Below, one piece after another: positions 36,630 to 51,500 of a DNA stretch of 64,000 bases. Under the pieces are notes generated by a model. The model was not told where the DNA came from and made no database searches. It saw only the letters and a list, made by a program, of their open reading frames with translations. Origin of the DNA: Guillardia theta CCMP2712 (lineage: Eukaryota; Protista; Cryptophyta); contig NW_005434575.1 in the NCBI RefSeq assembly GCF_000315625.1, forward strand, positions 64,100 through 128,099, given 5' to 3'. A program made the position numbers and the translations under genes. How positions within the stretch are numbered: the stretch's first letter is position 1; each line of letters starts with the position of its first letter.

Positions 36630-37204
36630 ACGATGGGACATGGACAAAACAGTTCGCTCCTCCTCCCCTCTCCTCTCGCCTCGCCTCTTCTTGCCTTCTC
36701 TTTTCGACTTCCGCCCTCTTGCTCTCCTCTCCTCTGATCCACACCTCTCCTCCACTATGCACCCTCTCATCCACTCCTCTACCCTCTCGATCTGGTTGTC
36801 TTCAACCTCTCGTTTGTCTCCCTTCCCTCCCTCACATCCATCTTCTCTCCCACTTTACTTATGTCTTGGCTCGTCTTCTCTTCTTTCGACGTCATATATC
36901 CCCCACATTTCCGCGTCGTCTCATAATCGTAGCTCAGTTCTGTGTATGTGCATGATCGAAGGGTGATGGATCCATTCTTCATTCTGTGGAGATCAAAGGC
37001 TGCACAATGGTGTGTCTCAAAGGAATGTAGGCTCAAATGGAAACCTAGTGATCCTGCAGGAAAGAAGAAGAGATAAAGATTCATGCAAGACGATGTAGAT
37101 AAATATGATCAGAGCAGGGCACACAACTCGTGAACTATTGCGGTTCTTTGTTATTGTTTAACATCTGTGAAACTTGCAGGGCCGGGTAGCTTTATCCGAG
37201 CAAC

Positions 37205-40200
37205 ATGTCCGGCCGAAAGCGAGGCCATGGTGGAAAGTCACAAAATCCTTTGCATACAGGGTAACTTCCTTGGCGATTTCGTTTTATCTTTGACCTCGTA
37301 TCTCACAGGAAAAAAAATGGATTTCAGGAAGGAGACGGTGTTGGTGGGATCGGTTTCAGGGGGAAGAACACCTCTTCAAAACACGGTAAATCCAGGAGCA
37401 ACGATCAAGATCAAGGAAAGAAAGATGTGAAGCGTGGTTTTAGTGCCCTTACAAGTGCAAAGAAAGATTATGTGGAGGTAGTCAAAAGGACAAAAGTAGA
37501 GGCTGACGAACAAGATTATGACTTTGGATTCGAAAATTTTACCGAAGGACCGAACAGACTCGGGTGGATGGTTACATATGCACCTGTTACCATATCAGAC
37601 AGTGAAACTGGCGCAGAAGTGAGTGGTGTTGATTATTACTTCATCCAGCAAGATGGCTCAAAGTTCAAGGTTTTGTTCAAGTACAACCCCTACTTTTACA
37701 TTGCAACGGAGCCTGGATTCGAAAGAGAAATTGAATCCGTTTTGCGCAGAAAGTATGCAGAAGTCCTGGCTGATGTTGTACACAAGCAAATGTGGGACCT
37801 GGACATGCCAAATCACTTAGCTGGACTCAAACGGAATATGCTGCAATTGAAGTTCAGAAATGTGAAAGATTTGGTTGAAGTGAGGAAGGAACTTTCGAGC
37901 ATGGTTCAGCGTAATGTCGAGCGAAAGAAAGAGAAGGAGAATGGCTCTGTATCTTTCGATGGTCAAACAAATCATTTGTCCAACAGATTGCAGGAAAGTG
38001 TTCTGGACATGATTATTGACATGCGAGAATATGATGTGCCTTATGTCATGCGTGTTGCGATTGATCATGAGTTTTTTGTTGGTCTGTGGTACGAGGTCCA
38101 AATACAAGAGGGAGTCGTGGACATCATGCCGAGACCTAATCTGACAGAGAAGTGGGGCAGAGCGGAACCCAGAGTTCTGGCATTTGATATTGAAGTGACG
38201 AAAGAGCCTTTGAAATTTCCAGATTCAGAAATTGATACGATTTACATGATTTCATACATGATTGATGGAGAGGGATTTCTCATTGTGAACAGGGAAATTG
38301 TGACAGAAGACATTGATGATTTTGACTATACTCCCAAAAAAGAATATGAAGGGCCCTTTACCTGCTTCAACGTTCCGAACGAACTTGCATTGTTAAAGCG
38401 GTTCATTGATCACATAAAGGAGGTCAAGCCTCTGATTTTTGTGACATACAACGGAGATTTTTTTGATTTTCCGTTTGTGGACGCACGCATGAAGAAGTAT
38501 GGACTGAATATGGAAGCTGAGATTGGACTTCAAAAGCAGCAAAGTGAAGAATACAGCAGCCGCTTTGCTTGTCATCTCGATGCTTTTCACTGGGTAAATC
38601 GTGATTCGTACCTCCCTCAGGGTAGCCGTGGCTTAAAAGCTGTTACGAAGCACAAACTTGGTTACGATCCTAAAGAAATAGATCCTGAGGACATGTTGCC
38701 TTTTGCACGGGAAAGGCCTCAAGAGATGGCTTCGTACTCAGTATCAGATGCAGTGGCAACTTACTACTTGTACATGCAGTACGTCCATCCATTCATCTTT
38801 TCGCTTTGCAATATCATTCCGATGACACCTGGCGATGTTCTTCGCAAAGGATCTGGAACTCTTTGTGAGACACTGTTGCAGGTAGAAGCATATCGGGGCA
38901 ATATTGTCTGTCCGAACAAGCACAAGGACGATCCTATGAAGATGTACAAAGGACACTTGATTGAAAGCGAGACATACATTGGTGGGCACGTTGAGGCATT
39001 GAATTCTGGTGTGTTTCGATCAGACTTCATGTACAAGTTCAACATCGATCCGAAAGCCATAGACGAATTGATTGCGAACATGGATCGTGACCTGCACTTT
39101 GCTATTACTGTGGAAGGTGGCAAGAAATTTGAAGATATCGAAGATTATGACGCTCAAAAGGAGAAGATCGTGAAGATGTTAGAAGCTCTCCGCGAAACAC
39201 CACGTCGCGAAGAGAATCCGTCCATCTACCACTTGGATGTTGCTGCCATGTACCCGAATATCATCCTCACAAACAGGCTGCAACCACCCGCCATGGTCAC
39301 TCCACAGACATGTGCAAGTTGTGACTTTTACCATCCAGAGATGAATTGTAGGCGAGAAATGCAATGGCAGTGGAGAGGAGAGATTTTTCCAGCTACAAAG
39401 AATGAGATTCATCAAGTGACAGGGCAATTGAAGCACGACTCCGAAGATTTTGAAGTCTCCTCGACTGAAGTCAGGAAAAGGGTCAAGGACTATTGTAGCA
39501 AAGTTTACAAGCGCACCCACGATACCCTTACTGAAGTGCGCACAGCATACATCTGCCAGAGAGAAAACAGTTTCTATATTGATACGGTGCGGGCCTTTCG
39601 AGACAGGAGGTATACGTACAAGGGACTGACAAAGTCCTGGGGTGGAAAATTAAAAGAGGCAGAAAAGTCAGGAGATCCAGCTGCAACCAAAGAGTGCAAG
39701 GGGTTTGTGGTCTTGTATGACTCTCTGCAGCTTGCGCACAAATGCATCTTGAACTCTTTCTATGGCTATGTGATGCGCCGAGGTGCACGTTGGTACTCGA
39801 TGGAAATGGCAGGAGTGGTGACTCACAAGGGTGGTAATATCATCCGAGTGGCTCGACAACTGGTTGAACGAATTGGAATTCCTCTGGAATTGGATACCGA
39901 TGGTATTTGGTGTTGTCTCCCACAGTCTTTTCCAGACGGAATCGAATTCAAGGTGAAAGGCGAAAAGAAGCCTCTGGTCGTTTCTTATCCCTGCTCTATG
40001 TTGAATGCGCAAACGCACCATGACTGTGTCAATCACCAATACCACACACTCGTCGACGAGGAGAAGCAAAAATACTCTGTCCACAGCGAATGTTCAATTC
40101 TATTTGAGCTCGATGGTCCATACAAAGCCATGATTTTGCCCGCCGCAAAGGAAGAAGGAAAGAAATTGAAAAAAAGGTGAGCTTCAATTGCTTGCAATGA

Positions 40201-43200
40201 ATCGCTTACTCTGTCCATCAGGTATGCGGTTTTCAATTTTGACGGGTCTCTTGCGGAGCTTAAAGGCTTCGAGTTGAAGAGACGTGGAGAGCTCCAATTG
40301 GTCAAGGTACTCATCATACATGCATTGAATCAATGTTTAGCTTCTGTCCAGGTGTTTCAATCGGAAGTATTCAAGCGTTTCCTTGATGGCACAGATTTGA
40401 TTGAGTGCTACAACTCGGTCGCAGCAGTTGCGAATCAATGGCTTGATGTGCTTGTGCGTCAAGACTCTCCTCTTAAATTTTTGTAACTGGCTGGCAGGAT
40501 AACAAGGGAATAGATTTGGAAGATGAAGAGTTGATCGATCTCATCTCTGAGTCCTGCAACATGAGCAAGTCGATGGAGGCCTATGGAGAGCGAAAGTCCA
40601 TGGCCATCACAACTGCAAACAGAATCGCAGAATTTTTGGGAGGAGATATGATCAAGGACAAAGGACTTGCTTGCAAATATGTTGTCTCCAGGAACCCAGA
40701 AGGGAGCCCTGTGACTGAACGTGCAATTCCTGTGGAAATTTTCAAGGCCGAACCCCGCATCCAAAATGCGTTTCTCAAAAAATGGTGCAACACTAGCACA
40801 TTGGTCGATTCTTCCATAGACGTTCGAAGCATCCTTGATTGGCAGTATGATTTGAAATTTTTGTCTTGATTTCGGCCTGAAACCGACTCGCAGGTATTAC
40901 AAAGATCGGTTGGCGTCGTCTATTCAGAAGATCGTTACGATTCCTGCAGCCATGCAGGTATGACAATATTTCATGTCAGGATGACAGCTGATTGTTCTGG
41001 CAGAATGTTGAGAATCCAGTTGGCAGGGTACCACACCCGGATTGGTTGCTGCGAATTGTACGTGAACGAAATGACCGCTTCAAGCAGCAGAAGATTGGCA
41101 GCTTCTTCAAAGTTGACGAAAGTGGCTCCAGCAAAGTTTCAACCGAGCAGTCCAGCGCCATGGAGCACCCTACAGTGATGGACATCGAGGGCACTGTTCA
41201 AAAGAGCAATGGAGCATTTCCGACTGTGGTGCGTCATAAAGGCACCGGCAAGAAGGGGAAGAAGTGTCAACAGTCCATGGAAGCTGAAATTTTTTCTGAA
41301 GAATCTGTGAAGAGGCAAGAAGAACTCCTCACAAAAATCAAGACCGAAAAGATTACAATGGAGTCTGACTTTGAGACGTGGCATTCATATATGCGAACCT
41401 TGTGGCATATGCAAGTGTTACAAAGGAAGAGAAAGAGATTAGAAGAAGGGGAAGGCTACAACCGAGATCACAAGCTCCCTCGCAAGTTTGTCCCCGCAGG
41501 TGGCATGACAGGCTTTTTCAAGAACCTTCACCACACCATGCTGTCACGTTACTGGGATATCTTAAAGGTACGAATGCATGCTATCTCTAGTGCGACTGAT
41601 TTTCTCTAGATTTCGGAGACCAAGACTCCAGGAATCTATGACGTGTGGGCAATCTTGGAAGATGGCTCTATGCAGAAGATTGAGATGGAAGTTCCGAGAA
41701 TTTTCTATGTCAATCAACGATTTTCACCTGAGACATCATCGAAGTCAACAAAGAACATCGTTTCGAGAAAATTGCCGTTCGGCAAGAAGTGCTACAATCT
41801 TGAAGAGGTGCAGTCTCATGTTGAGTTTCGTACCTACTCTGATCATCATGACCAGGTGACAATGTCGGAGTACGATTACCAAGAGCACTCGAAGACGATC
41901 GCAACCGAGCACGAAGATCCTACTGTGGAGGGACTTTATGAAACTCAAGTCCCGCTCCTGTATCGGGCCGTGATGTCCATCGGGTGTGTCACCTCAGTGA
42001 ATCGCAGGCCAGGTGGTTTCAGAGAAAGAGTAATCAAAGGCCGCGAGAGGCCGGAGACTATCTCCATGTTGGACCTTAAGTTCGAGTCTACCACAGCCTG
42101 CCCGTACCTTCCCAACAGCAGAATACGGATGAGAAAGTCGTTTCTATATCAGAATTTCAGCGACAATGACGGTGGAGCAAGAGGCTTTGTTGCTTTGTTT
42201 GCTCCACTTGAAGAGCGCAGGTAAGCTTGCATACATTGTAGGAGTTTCATCAGAGTTGATTGCATGTTTCCTAGATGTGTGGTATGGTTGGTCAATCGCA
42301 ATCTCAATGCACAAAGACCTCCTTTGTCCCGATTTTTGAAGGACTTGTGCCAAGAACATGCCAACATCCTAGAAGAGGAGTCGCCAGAACGCTTGGCGAT
42401 TGAAAGCTTAGCAAACAGAGAGATTGAGGTACGTTGATATGTTGCTTCCAGTGTCACTCATTCAAAACTTTTCAGTTTGAGATAGAAAATGTTTCAACTC
42501 AACAGGAGGCTTTCGCTGGCGTCAACGCCATCCTCAAAGAGTTTTTGGATGAATCTCCGAGTGCGCCGACTGTGATTCTAAAGCAAAGCATGAAAAGGTT
42601 GACTGTTCTCATCTGTTATACGCCCCGGCCCTTACTCGAACCACAGCGTCGAGGAAATCTGCCAAATGGCGCCCATCATGAATGATCTTCCTGTCTTGGA
42701 AGTTCCAGCCTATTCAACCGACAATGAGTATGAACCCCTGGGCTGGGAAACGAAAGCGGGAAAAGCTTTCATAAAGAACCTCATTGAAGTGGATCGATTC
42801 TTCGAGTAATTTGTTCTTTTTGAGGTTATGTCGATGCAGTAACAGCATCATGCAGGTACGTGTTGAAATTTGCCAGGTATTCCCACATTCCCATCTGCAA
42901 CATCTCCTCGAATCACGCAGACATGGCTACAACGGTAATCTTAATCGCTCTGCGGGAAAGGTCTGATGAATTCTCTCAGGTGAGCGACATCCTTTTCGGA
43001 AGGTTATTGAAGAACAACAACTATATCCTATGGGCTTCCCCTGGCTGCCGCCCTGATGTTGGCAGCAGCGAAATGCTCTATGCCTTTGAATGCGACGAGC
43101 TCAAGAATCCAGATGCCAACTTTCCAGGGTCATTTCGGCAGTATTGTGTTACAATGGACTTGGAGCATCTGCCTCTAACCGGTATCAAGCTGATCCCACT

Positions 43201-45190
43201 GAAAGCCTCACTTCTGACTTTCTATCTCAGCAATTGTACATGCTAAGGACCTGGAAGATTCTTCATTCTTGGCAAGTACAGCTCATTCAGACGATTTCAA
43301 CGAAACTTTGTCTATGCAAATGGCCACGGGAAATATCCCTCTTGCCTGCACCTTGGTAGATGAGACCACCTTCTGCTTGGAGCCCTTCAAGTTCATCGCA
43401 TACATGGCTGAGAGCTGGGTCAATGACACAATGAAGAATTCCAATCCTCACGCGGATGTTCTGCAGGTGATTATTTATGCATCTTGAATGCGATATACTC
43501 ACTTTCTCTTCTCAGATGCACTTGTATAATTGGATCAACAGTTCTAGCAGTCTGTTCTATGCGCCTGCGATGGTACGATTCGTGCACAGGTTGATGCGAA
43601 AGACGTATCAGCTCCTCCTGGCAAGAATCAGATCGTTGGGAGCTGAAGTGATTCAGGCACTTTTTCTCTCGTATGATTCCGTCCCCTGACACTCGCTCTT
43701 CCAGGCTAGCTTCCATCAGTTGATTCTTAATCTCAAGAAAACTCAATTCGAGCAAGCACAGGAATACTGCAAATTCCTTGTCAGCGAAATCAATGAGGTA
43801 CTTCATATGATCATCACGTTAGATGGCTAACTAGGGATCTGCAAGGTTACCTGCTTTCAATTCATCCGAATGGATCCGCAGATATTTTGGGCGAGGCTGG
43901 TGTACATGGATAGATACAATTTTGCTGGACTGCAGGCAATGCAATCAATACGGTTGATGAACATCTACTGATTATGCTTGTAGGAGCTCGACCCGACATC
44001 TCCTGAGTACGAGGAGGAGAGAGCCGTTCAAGTCGCTTTGCGACCCGAGATCGACCTGACAAAGGAGGGGCTGTTGTTGAGATCGTCTTGGGAAATCGCG
44101 GACCACTTACCGAGGCGGCACCAGAAGTTGTTTCACGACATGGTGCACGAGTACCTCTGCCTCCCGATGAAGTACCGACTGTCGAACTTCGAGAAGAGCA
44201 GCTCAGATGGTGAGACTCCTCAGACCTCTCAGATCTTCTCGCAAGGGTTCACGCAGAAGAGACGGGCTCTTGGTGAGACCATCAACCATGAGATTCGGTT
44301 CACCAAAGAACTTTTCACGTCGTCGGGTGAAGACTTTCCAAATCAGATGCGCACTAAGGATGGGGCCCCTCATTTCAGCAAGCGTCTCTTTGAGGAGATG
44401 AGCAAGGAGATCAACGGGATGGGGGAGTATCCCTACAGACCGGGCACTCACCTTGAATTCGGCAGCCCGCAGCTTGAGCTTCTCAAACATCTCTGCCACG
44501 TCTTCAGCTTAGACTCCGACATCTCGTCGGAGGTGGCCTCCATGAAACGTGGGCTTCTTAAACTTCTGCAGGTAAGCAGCAGCGCCTGTAAGGGCGAACT
44601 TGTCTGCTTCTAGTCTTGCATCGTTGTCCATCTGTCAATGACTGACGCTCATGTACAGGTTCGAGAGTTCTCTGTGGAAGCTCAGTTCAAGAATCCTGCT
44701 CGATCCGTCATCCTCCCTGATCTCTTCTGCTCCTCTGTGCTGTGCTCGGCCTCGCGAGATGTCGATCTCTGCCGGGAACAGGATTTCATTGCTGCCGTTG
44801 TCAACGCGCAGGCTGGGCAAGGCGATGGAGAGTTCCGTTGCCATCAGTGCGACCTGCCCTACGATCGCACTGCCATCGAGTTTCGACTCGTTCAGACTGT
44901 CAGCCAGCTCACCACGAGCTACGCACAGCAGGATCTGCGATGCAACAAGTGCCATCGCGCCGCCTCCCTGATGATGTCCGACTACTGCCAATGCTCGGGC
45001 AAGTTCGAGCATGCGCTGAAGCCCTCGGCGGTGACGGAGAGACTGGAAGCACTTCTTGGGGTGAGCGTGATGCGTCTGTTGGCTTCTGTTGTCGCCCCCT
45101 CACTGTTGACGTCAGGTGGCGAAATTCTATGGGTTCAAGTGGCTGGAGCAGGAGATCAGCAACCACCTGGAGGTTGAGGCGGAGGAGTAG
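37205..45190 (+). CDS. POLE: DNA polymerase epsilon catalytic subunit
   Basis: [56 protein letters not shown]-terminal CysA/CysB; many short introns. Confidence 0.98.
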
Positions 45191-45285
45191 ACTGTATACA
45201 CATTACACGAGTGAGGTTGTAAACTTTAATCTGACATTAGCCGGTGGGGTATGCAGACTCCTTTGCCCTACCATCTACCTGCAGG

Positions 45286-45373
45286 GTGCCTTACCTCAGC
45301 TAGTTGAGTGCCTTACCTCAGCTAGTTGAGTCTCCTACCTCAGCTAGTCAAGTGCCCTACCTCAGCTAGTCGA
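45286..45373. repeat. 22-bp minisatellite, 4 copies
   Basis: gtgccttacctcagctagttga twice, then gtctcctacctcagctagtcaa and gtgccctacctcagctagtcga. Confidence 0.95.
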
Positions 45374-45579
45374 GCTCTGAGTCTTCACTAACCCGTTTTC
45401 GGGCAGTACTTATAAGGCGGATAGAACCAGAATGATGGTAGACCACTCGATCGCCATGCATCCACGTCAGAGGGCAGAGGAAGCATGGAAGGGATGGGGG
45501 CGAGAGGAAGAGGAGGAGGAGGAGAGCTGAGCTTCATGCTGCAGAAGAGAGACCACGATTGAGGTGAGGCGATAGGAGC

Positions 45580-48500
45580 ATGTGGATCTGGGGATCAGGT
45601 TCTGGCAAGGGCGGAGGGGAAGGGGGAGAAGGAGCAAAATCTGGAGACAAAGTGGAAGGAGGAGACAAGAAGACCAAGGAAGATCACTTCAGGCTGGTGC
45701 TGAGAGACCATGCTGACCGAGGCCTCAACTTCACTTGGCGCACAAGCGACCTCGAGAACGCCAGGAAGTCGCTGCATGCCAAACTTGCAAGCCTGGTGAC
45801 CTGCCCTCCGGAAGCATCGAGTCCCCTCGGGGCGGATAGCAGTGAGCGAAGAAATGCAGACAGCCCGAGCATGGAGCTTCGGGGTCAAGAGGAGCGGAGG
45901 GTTCCAGTGGAGGCCTATCAGAGTGAGGCAGATCTCCTCAGCAACGTGGTGATGGTCAAGATAGAGAAAGTTGCAACGAGCGACAAGAGTCGTGTGATCA
46001 AGTCGCTGCCTCTTGACACCGCGAGCTTTGACAGCATCACCAGTTTGCGGGTTCTGGGAGCTGAGGTCGACCTGGAGAGCAACGTGAAGCCCTTGGTGCG
46101 GAGCTCGCTGCAGGTTCTCGGCCTCTCGGGGCAGAAGGCTGCCAACGACAAGCTGCTTGACTTCATTCAGCCCGCACTCTCTCCTTCCCTCACCTCCCTC
46201 TCCCTCCGGAGGAATCAGCTCAAGTCCTTCCCCGCCTCCTCCTTCAGCTGCCTGGCGAACCTGCGCGAGCTGGACCTGAGCGACAACTTTCTGCTGGACA
46301 TCTCCCCCTCCCTCTTCGTCCAGTGCCCCCGGCTGGAGTCGCTGAACCTGCAGAACAACCCGCGGCTGACGGTGAGGGAGCTCGACTTCCGCGCATGCAA
46401 GCTGCGGACGCTGCTGCTGGGGCTGATCCAGCTGGACTACCTGCCGAGCCTGGCGCACCTCTCGACCCTGACGGAGCTCTCGCTGTTCTCGCTCTACATC
46501 AAGGCCAGGGCGCCGAGGCGGGACCCCCGTCGCTTCTTCGAGGCTCTTGCGGTGCACGTGGAGCTGCTCAAGGCAGGATCGAGTGCCATCAAGCTCTTCC
46601 CCTCTAGCAAGGAGGCTCGGACCGAGCTGCGCTCCTCCCTCGTCCCCGTCCTGCGCTCCTCCTCCTCCTGGCATGCTCTGCTAGGGGCGCTGCTGGCCTG
46701 CATTGCAAACGAGAAGATGTACCGGGCCCTCATCTCCTCCGACATCGCCGGCACCTCCGGCCTGCATCACCTGCTGGCCATGTGCGAGGGCTCGGAGCCG
46801 CTGGCCCTGGACGCGTGTGTAGCCGTGAGCAAGCTGTGCGACCATGAGGAGCAGGCGATGGAGCTGCTGGAGCTCCAGATCGTCGAGCGATTCTGTGAGG
46901 TGCTGTCCTCCGAGCACAACTCCGTCGCCCTCAAGCTGTTCGTCCTCCTCACCCTCCGGTCCATGGCAGGATGCAGCCAGCAGGTGTGCGGGGCGATGCT
47001 GGCGGACAGCAGAGAGACGAGCAGGAGGCTGCGGTACGAGCACTACGACATGGGGATCAGCTTGCGGTACGACATCGTGTCTCAGACGCTACTCAAGATG
47101 CTCAAGGGGAACGAGGCCGATCGATCCCTTGAGCGCGAGGCCCTCGGCCTGCTGGGCGACCTCGCGTTCCACTCCTCCCACCGCCGGCTCCTGCTGGGCG
47201 ACGCGCGGATGCTCGCGACCGTTCGATCCCTGACGGAGACGGTGAAGGACAAGGTGTATCAGTCTCCTTGCAAGGAGAGAGGAGGAAAGGTGATCCTCCC
47301 CTCCTCCTCCTCCTCCTCCTCCTCCCCTCGTGGGCTGCTCAAGGACTCGTTCGCTTCTTCCCCGTCCAAGGACTTGGGTGACGCCGACGGCGTGCGGTTC
47401 TACGAGGAAGCGCCGAGCTCTGTGCTCAGCCCGAGAATCTTCAGCCCGATCCCAGCAGAGAAGGAGAAGCACCGGACGCTCTTGCACGGGGAGGGGATGA
47501 GAATGGAGGCGCCCAGCGAGGAGGCGGTCCTAGCGGCAGCTCTGCGAGTGCTGGCGATCCTGGGAGACAACCAGACGCTGAGCAGAGCGACGAGGCTGTC
47601 TCCCATCGTCGAGCACCGCGGGCTGCGGATCCTCTCGGTTGACGGAGGAGGAGTGAAGGGGATCGCAAGCATCCGCATCCTCCAGCGCCTCGAGCGAGCA
47701 TGCGGGCAGCCGCTGTACTCGCTCTTCGACCTGGTGGCTGGCACGAGCGCCGGGGGGATTATCGCATCTGCCATGGGCAACAAGCTCAACATGACGGAAG
47801 CTGAGAAGATCTACCGCGCCATCACTCGCAAGGCCTTCTCCCTCCCCCGCGACAAGGACAAGCTCAACAACTCCCAGGGAGCGCAGCCTGCGGGAGCAGG
47901 AGGAGCAGGAGGACCAGCGGCAGCAGCTGGGGCAGGAGGGGCAGGAGGGATCCAGAATGTGCTGGTGAGGGAGGAGCTGCTGAAGGAAGAGCTGCAGGGA
48001 GGGGAGGGGAGCACGTCGTGGTGGACGAAGCTCGTTCAGAGCGGGTCGAGCATGAGGAGGGTGCTGTTCCAGGGGGCCAAGTACGACGCGGGGCCGCTGA
48101 TGCAGGTGCTGCAATCTCAGTTCGGGGAGGCAGTAAGCCGCAGGATGATTGAGGCGAGTCTGGACCCGCACGCGTGCAAGACAGCAGTAGTGTCCACCCT
48201 CGTGTCCGAGCGGCCGATCCGGCCGTACGTGTTCCGCTCCTACCAGCTGCCGCCGGGGATGAAGGAGAGCTTTCCCGGTCGGTCGAGCTCGACGTGGCTG
48301 GAGGCGATGAGAGCGTCGTCGGCTGCCCCCTACTTCTTCGACGAGTTTGTGTCCGACGGGGAGAGGCTGCAGGATGGCGCGATCGTGACCAACAACCCGG
48401 CGGTGGTGGCGGTACACGAGGCGCAGCGACTGTGGCCGGGGAGAGCGATGGAGCTGATGGTGTCGGTGGGGACGGGGAAGGGGCCGCCGGTGAGGAGGGA

Positions 48501-51500
48501 GGTGAAGCCCAGCAGCAGCGGGATCGGGATGATGATGGAGACGTTCGGAGAGCTCATGGTTGAGGCGGCGACGAGCTCGGAGAGGGTGGCAGAGGCGTTC
48601 GAGGTTCTCTCCCCCATGATCCCCGGCATGTCGATCTTCCGGCTGCAGGTGGAGGACGAGCGATGCAACGTGGAGATCGACGACATCAAGCAGGAGACGC
48701 TGATGGGGATCGAGCAGGCGGCTGAAGAGTTCATGGAGGACAACATCGCTACCATGGAGGAGATAGCCTGCATCCTCCGCTCCTGCGCTCCTTCCATGGC
48801 TGGCCATCATCAGGAGGACGAGGACGAGGACGAGGACGAGAAGGAGGAAGGGGGAGGAGGAGGGAGAAAGAGGAAGGGGCCTTCGCCTATCAATGACTCC
48901 TCCTTCATGCTGCGGGAGGTTCTGAACGAGCGGCCGCTGGGCAAGCATGGGATAGGATCGAAGCTGCGGGCTCTCTTCTTAGAGTCGCTGCTGCCATGCG
49001 AGGAGGGGCAGGGACGGGACATGGTTGAGATGTTTGCCAGGATGGAGGTCCCCTCCCAGCTCCTGTCCTTCCATGAGGGGGTCCTCACCAGGACCTGCAA
49101 GGCCGTCTCCTCCTCCTCCTCTGACTTGAGCGTCAGCGGCGAGCAGGAGCTCGATATCTCCTTCCTCCTCCGCGTCCTCCACCGCTCCACCGCCAACGTC
49201 GTTCAGATCGAATGTGAGAGGAACATTCGCTCCTTCCACCCCCTCCTCTCCCTCGTCCTCCTCTTCCTCGTCCTCGACCTCCCACCAACTCTCCCTCTCC
49301 GTCCCTCTTTCCTCCCTACACTCTCCCTCCTCTTCCTCTCTGGTGACTCTGCTCTGATAGGCGACACCCTAAAGTCCGGCGGAGATCTCATCCTGTCCTG
49401 GTGCTCGGAGCAGGTCGCCCCTTGAAGTCAGCAAGAGGATGCTGACGCTGCCGCAGGTTCTTCTGTCCATCGAGGACGCCATGTCCATCCTGCACTCCAG
49501 CTCCTCCCATGCCGACCAGGCCATCTCGCTCATGGCAGAGGGGAGGGAAGAGGAGGATGAAGAGGAGGAGGTGGACAACGGAGGGGAGGGAGGTGGAGAG
49601 GGTGTCCCAGCAGTGGAAGTGAGAGGGTGCGAGGTGGAAGAAGCGAACGGGATTTACCTGCAGACGCCAGAGGAGCACGGGAGGAGGAGAATCTACCGGC
49701 ACACCTCCGGGCTCTTCCTCCTCCTCTTCCACGAGCAGGCGGACAGAAGGCTGAGGGGAAACGTGTGGATGGTCAAACCCTGCGAGGCAGGAGAGAAGTA
49801 CCTTGGCTGTCTCCGCTCCTCCCCCTCCCGCTCCTCCTTCTCCCCCCACCAGCCGCGAGCATGGCAGAGCTTCAACGGCCTGCGGTTTGTGGACGACACG
49901 GGGGGGAGGGTGAGGGTGAGTGCGATTGAGTATGAAGATGCGGTGGATGCGAGTCACGAAGAAGAAGCGACGGGAGAGGAGGAAGACAACAAGGAGGAGG
50001 ACAAGGAGCAGGGAGAGGAGGAGGAGGGGAAGGAGGAGGGAACAAAGGGGGCAGTTGAAATGGACGACATAAGGGCTCAGGCAGCACAACAAGGAGAGAC
50101 GGAGGAGGATCAGGAGGGTCTAAAGGGGACAGAAACGGAGCAGCAGCAGCAGCAGCAGCAGCATGTCTGCACAAGTGATGATGAAGGTATTGCTCGCTTG
50201 CTCCTTTCGCCTGCTGATATGCTGAATGACTTCCCAGCTCCTCGACCCGTTGGTAGAGAAGAGCAGGAGCAGGAGCAGGAGCAGGAGAAGAAAGAGGAGG
50301 CGCAGGGAGAGAGAGAGGTTGCTGAGGAGGTAACGGAGGAGGAACAGGCAGTGGAGGAGGTGGGCAGAGAAAGGATGCCAACGGTTTGTGCGGGTGGCGA
50401 TGGAGAGGGAGCTGTATTTGACATGCAGAAAGAGCAGCAAGAGCGTGAAAGAAAAGAGGAGGAGAGGCGGGAGGAAGACAGGGAGGAGGAGGAGGACGAC
50501 GACGACGATTGGGAGGAAGACAGGAAGGAGGGGAAGGAGGAGGAAGAGGAGGAAGACAGGACAGTAGACGAGGAAGAGGAGGAGCGAGGGGTTCAGCAGA
50601 AGTTGGAGGAAAGTTGTTTTCCTTCTCTCGCTGGGACTCGCGGGTGCTCGCGTGAGGTTGACCTGACGGACGTGAAGAAGCTGATCGAGGTGTTGGAGGC
50701 GAACAGGTGAGGCAGGGAGAGGAAAGGAGGAGAAAGAAGTGAAAGAGGAAGAGACAGAGGTGGAAGAGGTGGTTTTGGTGGTGATTTGAGGTGCAGGACG
50801 GTCCATACGTCTCCGGTAGAGAAATGGATCTTCCGAGGCTGCCAAATGAAACTGGAGGAGGAGGAGGGGGAAGGAGAAGCAGGAGCAGGAGCAGGCGGGC
50901 GAGTCCTGCATGCTAACGACCGCATTTTCCTCTTCTCCAAGTACAGGGCGAGACAGATTGCTTCATGGGAGAGTGTGCTGGAAGCTAGCTCGGGGAGGAA
51001 GAGCCCTTTCCATGGTTGCCCTCTCTCCCTCCTCTCCCCCTCCCCCCACTTCCTCCTCCTCCTCCTCCTCCTCCTCCTTTCCTTGTCTCTGCTCGACCTC
51101 GACCTCTCCTACCCTTTCTCCTTCGTCTTCCCTTCTTGCCTTCTTTCAACCTCGACCTCCTCCTTCCTCGTTCATCCTTTCCTTAGTCTCTGTTCGCTCT
51201 CCTCGTTTCTCTCCCTCCTCTCTATCAAGTCGATCTCCTTCCCTGTACCTCCCTCCCTCGCTCCCTCTTTTCTTAGCACAACCCCTGACTCTCCTCTCAG
51301 ACAAGGTGGTGGTACTGCGGCACGCGATTCCCTTCAGGAAGGCGAGGATGCTAATGTCTGCGGGGGCCGCGTCCGTCGTCATGCCGGCTCGTCCGCTCCC
51401 ACCCTGCGAGAGGATGGAGAAGCTGCGAGTCTTCTACGCGTCTCTGCTGCAGGTCCTGAGGGGGCAGCGAGGGAGGAGGGGGGGGGAGATGGGAGGACGG

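Noticed and set aside
37427-40180. Intein or inactivation in Pol epsilon
   Set aside because: Catalytic motifs are present in normal order and spacing; ORF breaks match short GT-AG introns
45286-45373. CRISPR-like array
   Set aside because: Units are head-to-tail with no spacers, eukaryotic context, no cas genes
45595-48948. Long antisense ORFs opposite the patatin gene
   Set aside because: Shadow frames of high-GC3 coding sequence
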